Origin: Bilabrum cf. latius
Lineage: Eukaryota
NCBI GenBank assembly: GCA_965178125.1
Contig: OZ237737.1
Span: forward strand, 1,116,001-1,180,000
Direction: 5' to 3'
DNA length: 64,000 nucleotides
Of this stretch, positions 49,866 to 61,483 are shown one piece after another. The translations under genes and the position numbers were made by a program. The first letter of the stretch is position 1, and each line of letters starts with the position of its first letter. The notes under the pieces were generated by a model. The model was not told the origin of the DNA. It searched no databases and saw only the letters and a list, made by a program, of their open reading frames with translations.

Positions 49866-51367
49866 CACAGTCCGAGGCTCTTCGGGGACCTCATCCGCAC
49901 CGCGCAGTAGAAGCCCGAGGATTCCAAGGCGAAATCCATGGGCGTCCGCATCTCAAGCTCTCGGCAGTTCCGGGCGGTGCCGGTGCTCCTACCTACTCAG
50001 TCCGCGCTCACTGTGCGCCTGCCGGCTGGAGGAGCTTCAGGGGCTGCATCCGCGGCTGCAACGGCTGCCGCGGGCAGCGGTGCGGGCGGTGCATACCAGG
50101 CTGGGCATGGCGCGCTGGCAGGCTTCCCCCCGGCGGGGGTGCGCCCCACGATTGACCAGTTTGAGCAGCGAGCCAAGGTAATATCGAGCAAGGAGAAGCC
50201 CAAGCAGCTGACTGCCGTGGGCTCAGACGGTCGCAGGTACCACTTCTGTGCAAGCAGGAGCTCTCGGGCGACTTGCGCAAGGACGCCCGCATGATGGAGC
50301 ACTCCACGGTGGTGAACCGGCTGCTGGCGTCGGACCACGAGGCCAGCAGGCGCGCGCTCCGGCTGCGCACCTACAGCGTGATCGTGACGAGCGAGAGCAC
50401 GGGGCTCATGGAGTGGGTGGAAAACTGCACGCCGTTGCGCTTCGCCGTCAAGGAGGTCTACAATGACCTGGGCGTTGACAGTCCCATGCACCTAACGCTC
50501 CGTGTCATGAATACGCTGCAGAAGAACCAGGACAACTAGAACCAGACCACTGCAGCCACGGCAAGGTTCTTCGCCTCTGAGGTGCAGCCACAGTTCCCTG
50601 CGGTGCTGCACAGTTACCATCTGAAGCGTTTCGCCGATCCGGAGCGGTGGCTTCGGGCTCGGCAGCGGTTCACACGAAGCACGGCCTGCTGGGCCATGGT
50701 GGGTCATCTGCTTGGGCTGGGCGATCGCCACGGAGACAACCTGCTAATTGACGACACGAGCGGGGATCAGGTGCACGTGGACTTTGACTGCCTGTTTGAC
50801 AAGGGACTGTCCCTGTCACGGCCCGAGGTGGTGCCCTTCCGCCTCACCGCCAACGTGCTGGATACGATGGGCCTTTGAGGGTACGAGGGAGGCATGCGCC
50901 GGTCCAGCGAGGCGTGCATGGCGGTGCTACGTGCGAACGGGAGCACGCTGCTGGGCGTGCTGGAGTCCTTTGTGTACGATCCACTGGTGGAGTGGACTCG
51001 AAGCAAGAGCAAGGGAGGGAGGCACTCTTCATCCTCGTCCTCATCTTCGTCCTCGTCGGCGGCCGCGGGTGGCGCGGTGCTGCCGACCGACGAGGTGCCC
51101 AGCACGGCGGTGGAGGGCGAGATGGAGAACATCGCCGGTGTGGCGATTGTGAGGCACATCAAGGAGAGGCTGCGGGGAGGGTACAACGTGCGGCCGCCGC
51201 ACCGGGACAAGTACAACGTGAGGACGCGGAGGCACGCTGCGGACGATGGCAGACTTGTGGAAGGTCGCACCATCGGGGTGCAGGCGCAGGTACACCGGCT
51301 GATCTCCGAGGCGTCATCGGTGGAGAGTCTGGCCTAGATGTACGTTGGGTGGATGCCGTTCTTGTAA
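49866..51367 (+). pseudogene. ATR: ATR-like kinase/FATC fragment, copy 2
   Basis: Same frameshift and TGA as copy 1. Confidence 0.8.
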
Positions 51368-52356
51368 AGTTGAGCGCTTCTGATCTGGGGTCTTGGGTCG
51401 GGGAGGAAGGCGCTGCAGTGCACTGCACTGCGCCTTCTCCCGTGGGGCCGTAGGTGCTTAAGCTGCAGTTTGGAGTGCAGACTAGGATTGCGAGGGAGTC
51501 GGGATCGGGCTGCTATCCGTTCACTCTGCCTTGATTCCGATACGAGGCATCTCGACCGCAATCGCCTAACTGCTTCCGGATTCGTGCACAGGCTGAGGGG
51601 AAGCGCGCGGCGTGTGCCTGACGGGAGGGGGGCCGTCGCAGCCGTGGCACATGCCAAGCAAGAGAAGATCGGGAATCCGGGGCTCGAGATCTGGCGCCGC
51701 GGCGGGGGCCGGTGCGGGTGCGGGTGGAGTGGGCGGTTCCGTGGGTGATGGTGGCTCTGGGCTGGGGCAGGGGTCCGCGGCATCCACCAAGGAGGCCTTC
51801 TCCGTGGGTGCGCTGGCGGCCCAGCTGAAGCGGTCCGACGAGGCCCTGATCAAGGGCAAGGCGTGGAGGGAGAAGCGGGCGGGGGCGCAGCAGCAGCAGC
51901 AGCAGCAGGCGCGCATGGAGAGGGCGGAGAAAGCGTCTGGCGAAGGAGGGGCAGCGAGTGAGAACGGCGCATCTCCGTGAGGAGGGATGTGGTGGGTTGC
52001 GCATGGTCTGGTTGCTTCCTGTGAAGCTGATGTTCCTAGTGAGCGAGGCTGCCACGCCAGGCCCAGCCAGCACCTTCAAGGTGTGAAGATGAAAACAGCC
52101 TGAACCGGACTAGAATGGATCGATCTCACCGATTCGTTGTCAGTTTCATCGATACTGTTTCGACTGTAGTATCTCCGACTAAAGCCTTTCTAGGTACAGG
52201 GTTGGGTTGGAGCGAATCAGAACTGGCCGTCGAACAGGTACACAAGAAAAGGGCGTGCATAGTAAAGCTCGTATTCCCTGTCATTCTGTAGTCGGCAGCC
52301 ACCTGGCTGGCTACGTATCAGGAGTCGATACTGGATATAATTACTGCCAGGAAGCC

Positions 52357-53832
52357 ATGGAGCAAGCAGCAGGTGCATGCTCAGGGGAGGTGATCGATCT
52401 CGTCAGCGGCGACTCAAGCGACAGCGACGCTGGTGGAAGCGATGTCGAGGTTTCCGACCGTCGCATAAGCACGATGGCTGCATCGCTATCATTGACTAGC
52501 AGTCGCTAGTGGGGCAGGCGAGAGGCAGGTGGGAAAGGTAGGGCACGAGATCGAGCCAGCGATCGAGCCAAAGCTGTTCCCACGTCCATCGTGGCGTCGG
52601 GACACTCCAGCAGCAGCGCAATGTTGCCGCAAGAAGTGCAATCTTCAATGCAGTCAACCTCAGGGGTAGATGCAAGCGGCGGCACCGATACCTCTTTGGG
52701 CCAGAAGCGAGACAGGCAGGCAGAGGCGAGGTCAGCAGACAGCTATAGCGGATCGAGGGGAAAGAGACGGCGTGGGCAGGCAGGCAAAATCGGGGTAGGA
52801 CATCGTTGCAACGTGTGCGGGCAGACATTCCGACAGGCAGGCGATCTCAGGACGCACATGAGGACTGTGCATCTTGGGGAGCGCAAGCACGAGTGCAGTG
52901 TGTGCGGCAAGTCATTCGGACAGGCAGGCTCACTCAGGACGCACATGAGGACTGTGCATCTGGGCGAGCGCAAGCACGAGTGCAGTGTGTGCGGCAAGTC
53001 ATTCGGTGTGGCAGGCTCACTCAGGACGCACATGAGGACGGTGCATCTGGGCGAGCGCAAGCACGAGTGCAGTGTGTGCGGGCAGTCATTCGGTGCGGCA
53101 AGCAATCTCAGGAGGCACATGAGGACTGTGCATCTGGGCGAGCGCAAGCACGAGTGCAGTGTGTGCGGCAAGTCATTCGGTGTGGCAGGCGATCTCAGGA
53201 CGCACATGAGGACGGTGCATCTGGGCGAGCGCAAGCACGAGTGCAGTGTGTGCGGGCAGACATTCGGGGAGGCAAGCAATCTCAGGAGGCACGTGAGGAC
53301 TGTGCATCTGGGCGAGCGCAAGCACGAGTGCAGTGTGTGCGGCAAGTCATTCGGACAGGCAGGCTCACTCAGGACGCACATGAGGACTGTGCATCTGGGC
53401 GAGCGCAAGCACGAGTGCAGTGTGTGCGGCAAGTCATTCGGACAGGCAGGCGATCTCAGGACGCACATGAGGACGGTGCATCTGGGCGAGCGCAAGCACG
53501 AGTGCAGTGTGTGCGGCAAGTCATTCGGACTGGCAGGCTCACTCAGGAGGCACATGTCCACTGTGCATCTGGGCGAGCGCAAGCACGAGTGCAGTGTGTG
53601 CGGCAAGTCATTCGGGCGGGCAGGCTCACTCAGGACGCACATGAGGACTGTGCATCTTGGGGAGCGCAAGCACGAGTGCAGTGTGTGCGGCAAGTCATTC
53701 GGACTGGCAGGCTCACTCAGGAGGCACATGTCTACTGTGCATCTGGGCGAGCGCAAGCACGAGTGCAGTGTGTGCGGCAAGTCATTCGGGGAGGCAGGCA
53801 GTCTCAGGAGGCACGCGCGAGGTTGCCTTTGA
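52357..53832 (+). CDS. C2H2 zinc-finger array protein, 12 fingers
   Basis: Includes VAGS, VAGD and LAGS finger variants absent from copies 1 and 2. Confidence 0.85.
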
Positions 53833-54159
53833 TTCGCTTGTATTCCGCATCGAGTGGCTCGGTGCTTGATATTGGATTGTGCACGCTGCATGAATAAAGG
53901 GTGATGCTTAGGAAGTCAGGAGCAGATATCCTGCACGCAGACTTCTTGTTCCATCATGCTCACTTAGGTACGATGCTACGTACTCATGCCTGGCAGGACC
54001 TTGACACTCGACTGCTGTTATATGTACTCGGACATCAGGATTGAAGCGACGGGGAGCAGAGGTGAGACGGAAGACGGGGCGGGCGCAGGAGGACAGGAGG
54101 TGGAGAAGAAGAAGGGGACACCGGCACAGGCGACGACAGTGCGGCGTCAACAGGGAGAA

Positions 54160-55659
54160 CACAGTCCGAGGCTCTTCGGGGACCTCATCCGCACCGCGCA
54201 GTAGAAGCCCGAGGATTCCAAGGCGAAATCCATGGGCGTCCGCATCTCAAGCTCTCGGCAGTTCCGGGCGGTGCCGGTGCTCCTACCCACTCAGTCCGCG
54301 CTCTGTGCGCCTACCGGCTGGCGGAGCTTCAGGGGCTGCATCCGCGGCTGCAACGGCTGCCGCGGGCAGCGGTGCGGGCGGTGCATACCAGGCTGGGCAT
54401 GGCGCGCTGGCAGGCTTCCCCCCGGCGGGAGTGCGCCCCACGATCGACTAGTTTGAGCAGCGAGCCAAGGTGATGTCGAGCAAGGAGAAGCCCAAGCAGC
54501 TGACTGCCGTGGGCTCAGACGGTCGCAGGTACCACTTCTGTGCAAGCAGGAGCTCTCGGGCGACCTGCGCAAGGACGCCCGCGTGATGGAGCACTCCACG
54601 GTGGTGAACCACCTGCTGGCGTCGGACCACGAGGCCAGCAGGCGCGCGCTCCGGCTGCGCACCTACAGCGTGATCGTGACGAGCGAGAGCACGGGGCTCA
54701 TGGAGTGGATGGAAAACTGCACGCCGTTGCGCTTCGCCGTCAAGGAGGTCTACAATGACCTGGGCGTTGACAGTCCCATGCACCTAACGCTCCGTGTCAT
54801 GAATACGCTGCAGAAGAACCAGGACAACCAGAACCAGACCACTGCAGCCACGGCAAGGTTCTTCGCCTCTGAGGTGCAGCCACAGTTCCCTGCGGTGCTG
54901 CACAGTTACCATCTGAAGCGTTTCGCCGATCCGGAGCGGTGGCTTCGGGCTCGGCAGCGGTTCACACGAAGCACGGCCTGCTGGGCCATGGTGGGTCATC
55001 TGCTTGGGCTGGGCGATCGCCACGGAGACAACCTGCTAATTGACGACACGAGCGGGGATCAGGTGCACGTGGACTTTGACTGCCTATTTGACAAGGGACT
55101 GTCCCTGTCACGGCCCGAGGTGGTGCCCTTCCGCCTCACCGCCAACGTGCTGGATACGATGGGCCTTTGGGGGTACGAGGGAGGCATGCGCCAGTCCAGC
55201 GAGGCGTGCATGGCGGTGCTACGTGCGAACGGGAGCACGCTGCTGGGCGTGCTGGAGTCCTTTGTGTACGATCCACTGGTGGAGTGGACTCGAAGCAAGA
55301 GCAAGGGAGGGAGGCACTCTTCATCCTCGTCCTCATCTTCGTCCTCGTCGGCGGCCGCGGGTGGCGCGGTGCTGCCGACCGACGAGGTGCCCAGCACGGC
55401 GGTGGAGGGCGAGATGGAGAACATCGCCGGTGTGGCGATTGTGAGGCACATCAAGGAGAGGCTGCGGGGAGGGTACAACGTGCGGCCGCCGCACCGGGAC
55501 AAGTACAACGTGAGGACGCGGAGGCACGCTGCGGACGATGGCAGACTTGTGGAAGGTCGCACCATCGGGGTGCAGGCGCAGGTACACCGGCTGATCTCCG
55601 AGGCGTCATCGGTGGAGAGTCTGGCCTAGATGTACGTTGGGTGGATGCCGTTCTTGTAA
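54160..55659 (+). pseudogene. ATR: ATR-like kinase/FATC fragment, copy 3
   Basis: Upstream frameshifts, but open from 54583 to the FATC end (TGG where copies 1 and 2 have TGA). Confidence 0.75.
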
Positions 55660-56667
55660 AGTTGAGCGCTTCTGATCTGGGGTCTTGGGTCGGGGAGGAA
55701 GGCGCTGCAGTGCACTGCACTGCGCCTTCTCCCGTGGGGCCGTAGGTGCTTAAGCTGCAGTTTGGAGTGCAGACTAGGATTGCGAGGGAGTCGGGATCGG
55801 GCTGCTATCCGTTCACTCTGCCTTGATTCCGATACGAGGCATCTCGACCGCAATCGCCTAACTGCCTCCGGATTCGTGCACAGGCTGAGGGGAAGCGCGC
55901 GGCGTGTGCCTGACGGGAGGGGGGCCGTCGCAGCCGTGGCACATGCCAAGCAAGAGAAGATCGGGAATCCGGGGCTCGAGATCTGGCGCCGCGGCGGGGG
56001 CCGGTGCGGGTGCGGGTGGAGTGGGCGGTTCCGTGGGTGATGGTGGCTCTGGGCTGGGGCAGGGGTCCGCGGCATCCACCAAGGAGGCCTTCTCCGTGGA
56101 TGCGCTGGCGGCCCAGCTGAAGCGGTCCGACGAGGCCCTGATCAAGGGCCAGGCGTGGAGGGAGAAGCGGGCGGGGGCGCAGCAGCAGCAGCAGCAGCAG
56201 AAGCAGAAGCAGATCACAAGCGCGCATGGAGAGGGCGGAGAAAGCGTCTGGCGAAGGAGGGGCAGCGAGTGAGAACGGCGCATCTCCGTGAGGAGGGATG
56301 TGGTGGGTTGCGCATGGTCTGGTTGCTTCCTGTGAAGCTGATGTTCCTAGTGAGCGAGGCTGCCACGCCAGGCCCAGCCAGCACCTTCAAGGTGTGAAGA
56401 TGAAAACAGCCTGAACCGGACTAGAATGGATCGATCTCACCGATTCGTTGTCAGTTTCATCGATACTGTTTCGACTGTAGTATCTCCGACTAAAGCCTTT
56501 CTAGGTACAGGGTTGGGTTGGAGCGAATCAGAACTGGCCGTCGAACAGGTACACAAGAAAAGGGCGTGCATAGTAAAGCTCGTATTCCCTGTCATTCTGT
56601 AGTCGGCAGCCACCTGGCTGGCTACGTATCAGGAGTCGATACTGGATATAATTACTGCCAGGAAGCC

Positions 56668-58317
56668 ATGGAGCAAGCAGCAGGTGCATGCTCAGGGGAG
56701 GTGATCGATCTCGTCAGCGGCGACTCAAGCGACAGCGACGCTGGTGGAAGCGATGTCGAGGTTTCCGACCGTCGCATAAGCACGATGGCTGCATCGCTAT
56801 CATTGACTAGCAGTCGCTAGTGGGGCAGGCGAGAGGCAGGTGGGAAAGGTAGGGCACGAGATCGAGCCAGCGATCGAGCCAAAGCTGTTCCCACGTCCAT
56901 CGTGGCGTCGGGACACTCCAGCAGCAGCGCAATGTTGCCGCAAGAAGTGCAATCTTCAATGCAGTCAACCTCAGGGGTAGATGCAAGCGGCGGCACCGAT
57001 ACCTCTTTGGGCCAGAAGCGAGACAGGCAGGCAGAGGCGAGGTCAGCAGACAGCTATAGCGGATCGAGGGGAAAGAGAAGGCGTGGGCAGGCAGGCAAAA
57101 TCGGGGTAGGACATCGTTGCAACGTGTGCGGGCAGACATTCCGACAGGCAGGCGATCTCAGGACGCACATGAGGACTGTGCATCTTGGGGAGCGCAAGCA
57201 CGAGTGCAGTGTGTGCGGCAAGTCATTCGGTGTGGCAGGCTCACTCAGGACGCACATGAGGACGGTGCATCTGGGCGAGCGCAAGCACGAGTGCAGTGTG
57301 TGCGGGCAGTCATTCGGTGCGGCAAGCAATCTCAGGAGGCACATGAGGACTGTGCATCTGGGCGAGCGCAAGCACGAGTGCAGTGTGTGCGGCAAGTCAT
57401 TCGGACAGGCAGGCTCACTCAGGACGCACATGAGGACTGTGCATCTGGGCGAGCGCAAGCACGAGTGCAGTGTGTGCGGCAAGTCATTCGGTGTGGCAGG
57501 CTCACTCAGGACGCACATGAGGACGGTGCATCTGGGCGAGCGCAAGCACGAGTGCAGTGTGTGCGGGCAGTCATTCGGTGCGGCAAGCAATCTCAGGAGG
57601 CACATGAGGACTGTGCATCTGGGCGAGCGCAAGCACGAGTGCAGTGTGTGCGGCAAGTCATTCGGACAGGCAGGCGATCTCAGGACGCACATGAGGACGG
57701 TGCATCTGGGCGAGCGCAAGCACGAGTGCAGTGTGTGCGGGCAGACATTCGGGGAGGCAAGCAATCTCAGGAGGCACGTGAGGACTGTGCATCTGGGCGA
57801 GCGCAAGCACGAGTGCAGTGTGTGCGGCAAGTCATTCGGACAGGCAGGCTCACTCAGGACGCACATGAGGACTGTGCATCTGGGCGAGCGCAAGCACGAG
57901 TGCAGTGTGTGCGGCAAGTCATTCGGACAGGCAGGCGATCTCAGGACGCACATGAGGACGGTGCATCTGGGCGAGCGCAAGCACGAGTGCAGTGTGTGCG
58001 GCAAGTCATTCGGACTGGCAGGCTCACTCAGGAGGCACATGTCCACTGTGCATCTGGGCGAGCGCAAGCACGAGTGCAGTGTGTGCGGCAAGTCATTCGG
58101 GCGGGCAGGCTCACTCAGGACGCACATGAGGACTGTGCATCTTGGGGAGCGCAAGCACGAGTGCAGTGTGTGCGGCAAGTCATTCGGACTGGCAGGCTCA
58201 CTCAGGAGGCACATGTCCACTGTGCATCTGGGCGAGCGCAAGCACGAGTGCAGTGTGTGCGGCAAGTCATTCGGGGAGGCAGGCAGTCTCAGGAGGCACG
58301 CGCGAGGTTGCCTTTGA
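56668..58317 (+). CDS. C2H2 zinc-finger array protein, 14 fingers
   Basis: Same subfamily as copy 3. Confidence 0.85.
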
Positions 58318-58644
58318 TTCGCTTGTATTCCGCATCGAGTGGCTCGGTGCTTGATATTGGATTGTGCACGCTGCATGAATAAAGGGTGATGCTTAGGAAG
58401 TCAGGAGCAGATATCCTGCACGCAGACTTCTTGTTCCATCATGCTCACTTAGGTACGATGCTACGTACTCATGCCTGGCAGGACCTTGACACTCGACTGC
58501 TGTTATATGTACTCGGACATCAGGATTGAAGCGACGGGGAGCAGAGGTGAGACGGAAGACGGGGCGGGCGCAGGAGGACAGGAGGTGGAGAAGAAGAAGG
58601 GGACACCGGCACAGGCGACGACAGTGCGGCGTCAACAGGGAGAA

Positions 58645-60144
58645 CACAGTCCGAGGCTCTTCGGGGACCTCATCCGCACCGCGCAGTAGAAGCCCGAGGA
58701 TTCCAAGGCGAAATCCATGGGCGTCCGCATCTCAAGCTCTCGGCAGTTCCGGGCGGTGCCGGTGCTCCTACCCACTCAGTCCGCGCTCTGTGCGCCTGCC
58801 GGCTGGAGGAGCTTCAGGGGCTGCATCCGCGGCTGCAACGGCTGCCGCGGGCAGCGGTGCGGGCGGTGCATACCAGGCTGGGCATGGCGCGCTGGCAGGC
58901 TTCCCCCCGGCGGGAGTGCGCCCCACGATCGACTAGTTTGAGCAGCGAGCCAAGGTGATGTCGAGCAAGGAGAAGCCCAAGCAGCTGACTGCCGTGGGCT
59001 CAGACGGTCGCAGGTACCACTTCTGTGCAAGCAGGAGCTCTCGGGCGACCTGCGCAAGGACGCCCGCGTGATGGAGCACTCCACGGTGGTGAACCACCTG
59101 CTGGCGTCGGACCACGAGGCCAGCAGGCGCGCGCTCCGGCTGCGCACCTACAGCGTGATCGTGACGAGCGAGAGCACGGGGCTCATGGAGTGGATGGAAA
59201 ACTGCACGCCGTTGCGCTTCGCCGTCAAGGAGGTCTACAATGACCTGGGCGTTGACAGTCCCATGCACCTAACGCTCCGTGTCATGAATACGCTGCAGAA
59301 GAACCAGGACAACCAGAACCAGACCACTGCAGCCACGGCAAGGTTCTTCGCCTCTGAGGTGCAGCCACAGTTCCCTGCGGTGCTGCACAGTTACCATCTG
59401 AAGCGTTTCGCCGATCCGGAGCGGTGGCTTCGGGCTCGGCAGCGGTTCACACGAAGCACGGCCTGCTGGGCCATGGTGGGTCATCTGCTTGGGCTGGGCG
59501 ATCGCCACGGAGACAACCTGCTAATTGACGACACGAGCGGGGATCAGGTGCACGTGGACTTTGACTGCCTATTTGACAAGGGACTGTCCCTGTCACGGCC
59601 CGAGGTGGTGCCCTTCCGCCTCACCGCCAACGTGCTGGATACGATGGGCCTTTGGGGGTACGAGGGAGGCATGCGCCAGTCCAGCGAGGCGTGCATGGCG
59701 GTGCTACGTGCGAACGGGAGCACGCTGCTGGGCGTGCTGGAGTCCTTTGTGTACGATCCACTGGTGGAGTGGACTCGAAGCAAGAGCAAGGGAGGGAGGC
59801 ACTCTTCATCCTCGTCCTCATCTTCGTCCTCGTCGGCGGCCGCGGGTGGCGCGGTGCTGCCGACCGACGAGGTGCCCAGCACGGCGGTGGAGGGCGAGAT
59901 GGAGAACATCGCCGGTGTGGCGATTGTGAGGCACATCAAGGAGAGGCTGCGGGGAGGGTACAACGTGCGGCCGCCGCACCGGGACAAGTACAACGTGAGG
60001 ACGCGGAGGCACGCTGCGGACGATGGCAGACTTGTGGAAGGTCGCACCATCGGGGTGCAGGCGCAGGTACACCGGCTGATCTCCGAGGCGTCATCGGTGG
60101 AGAGTCTGGCCTAGATGTACGTTGGGTGGATGCCGTTCTTGTAA
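58645..60144 (+). pseudogene. ATR: ATR-like kinase/FATC fragment, copy 4
   Basis: As copy 3. Confidence 0.75.
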
Positions 60145-61483
60145 AGTTGAGCGCTTCTGATCTGGGGTCTTGGGTCGGGGAGGAAGGCGCTGCAGTGCAC
60201 TGCACTGCGCCTTCTCCCGTGGGGCCGTAGGTGCTTAAGCTGCAGTTTGGAGTGCAGACTAGGATTGCGAGGGAGTCGGGATCGGGCTGCTATCCGTTCA
60301 CTCTGCCTTGATTCCGATACGAGGCATCTCGACCGCAATCGCCTAACTGCCTCCGGATTCGTGCACAGGCTGAGGGGAAGCGCGCGGCGTGTGCCTGACG
60401 GGAGGGGGGCCGTCGCAGCCGTGGCACATGCCAAGCAAGAGAAGATCAGGAATCCGGGGCTCGAGATCTGGCGCCGCGGCGGGGGCCGGTGCGGGTGCGG
60501 GTGGAGTGGGCGGTTCCGTGGGTGATGGTGGCTCTGGGCTGGGGCAGGGGTCCGCGGCATCCACCAAGGAGGCCTTCTCCGTGGGTGCGCTGGCGGCCCA
60601 GCTGAAGCGGTCCGACGAGGCCCTGATCAAGGGCAAGGCGTGGAGGGAGAAGCGGGCGGGGGCGCAGCAGCAGCAGAAGCAGCAGGCGCGCATGGAGAGG
60701 GCGGAGAAAGCGTCTGGCGAAGGAGGGGCAGTGAGCAAGAACGGCGCATCTCCGTGAGGAGGGATGTGGTGGGTTGCGCATGGTCTGGTTGCTTCCTGTG
60801 AAGCTGATGTTCCTAGTGAGCGAGGCTGCCACGCCAGGCCCAGCACCTTCAAGGTGTGAAGATGAAAACAGCCTGAACCGGACTAGAATGGATCGATCTC
60901 ACCGATTCGTTGTCAGTTACAGCGACTCAAGCGACAGCGACGCTGGTGGAAGCGATGTCGAGGTTTCCGACCGTCGCATGAACGCGATTGCTGCATCGCT
61001 ATCATTGACCAGCAGTCGCTAGTGGGGCAGGCGAGAGGCAGGTAGGAAAGGTAGGGCCCGTAGAAAAGTGGTCATATTGTGTAAGGCAAGTCTTGTTCTA
61101 CTAGCTGCTTGTAAAGTCGGCCCAATTTTATAGGATGCAAGTGGGTGCGTGCACGCCATCCGCACGCAGCGGAAACACCCGCTGCTAACCGCCGTTTTGC
61201 GCCTATTGCAGAGCTCCGGCGGCAGCGGCAGGTGTGGTGGGTTGCAAGCATCCATCCAAAGTGGACAAACAAATCAGCAAAGCAATAGTCCATAGAGGTA
61301 CACACAAACAGCCGGTCGCTCCAGTCCTCGACGAGCCAGCCAGTGCACATGGCAACGAAGATGTCACAATCACAGACTGTGCGAGCCTGATCAAAGGCAA
61401 GACAACCAGCCAAACCGCAAAGCATCACACAATCTTCTCGCCCCTTATGCACTGAGAATACTCTATGTCGAAGGTCAGCTCTC

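Larger units (their letters stand above)
42686..61060 (+). repeat. Tandem array of four full units (4551, 4551, 4292, 4485 bp) plus a deleted partial fifth
   Basis: CAAGGAGGCCTTCTCCGTGG recurs at 42686, 47237, 51788, 56080 and 60565; units are near-identical. Confidence 0.95.

Noticed and set aside
43690-58310. 87-bp repeats as a CRISPR array
   Set aside because: No unique spacers and no cas genes; the units are in-frame zinc-finger codons.
43637-58382. Long antisense and alternate-frame ORFs over the zinc-finger arrays
   Set aside because: By-products of a stop-free repeat unit.
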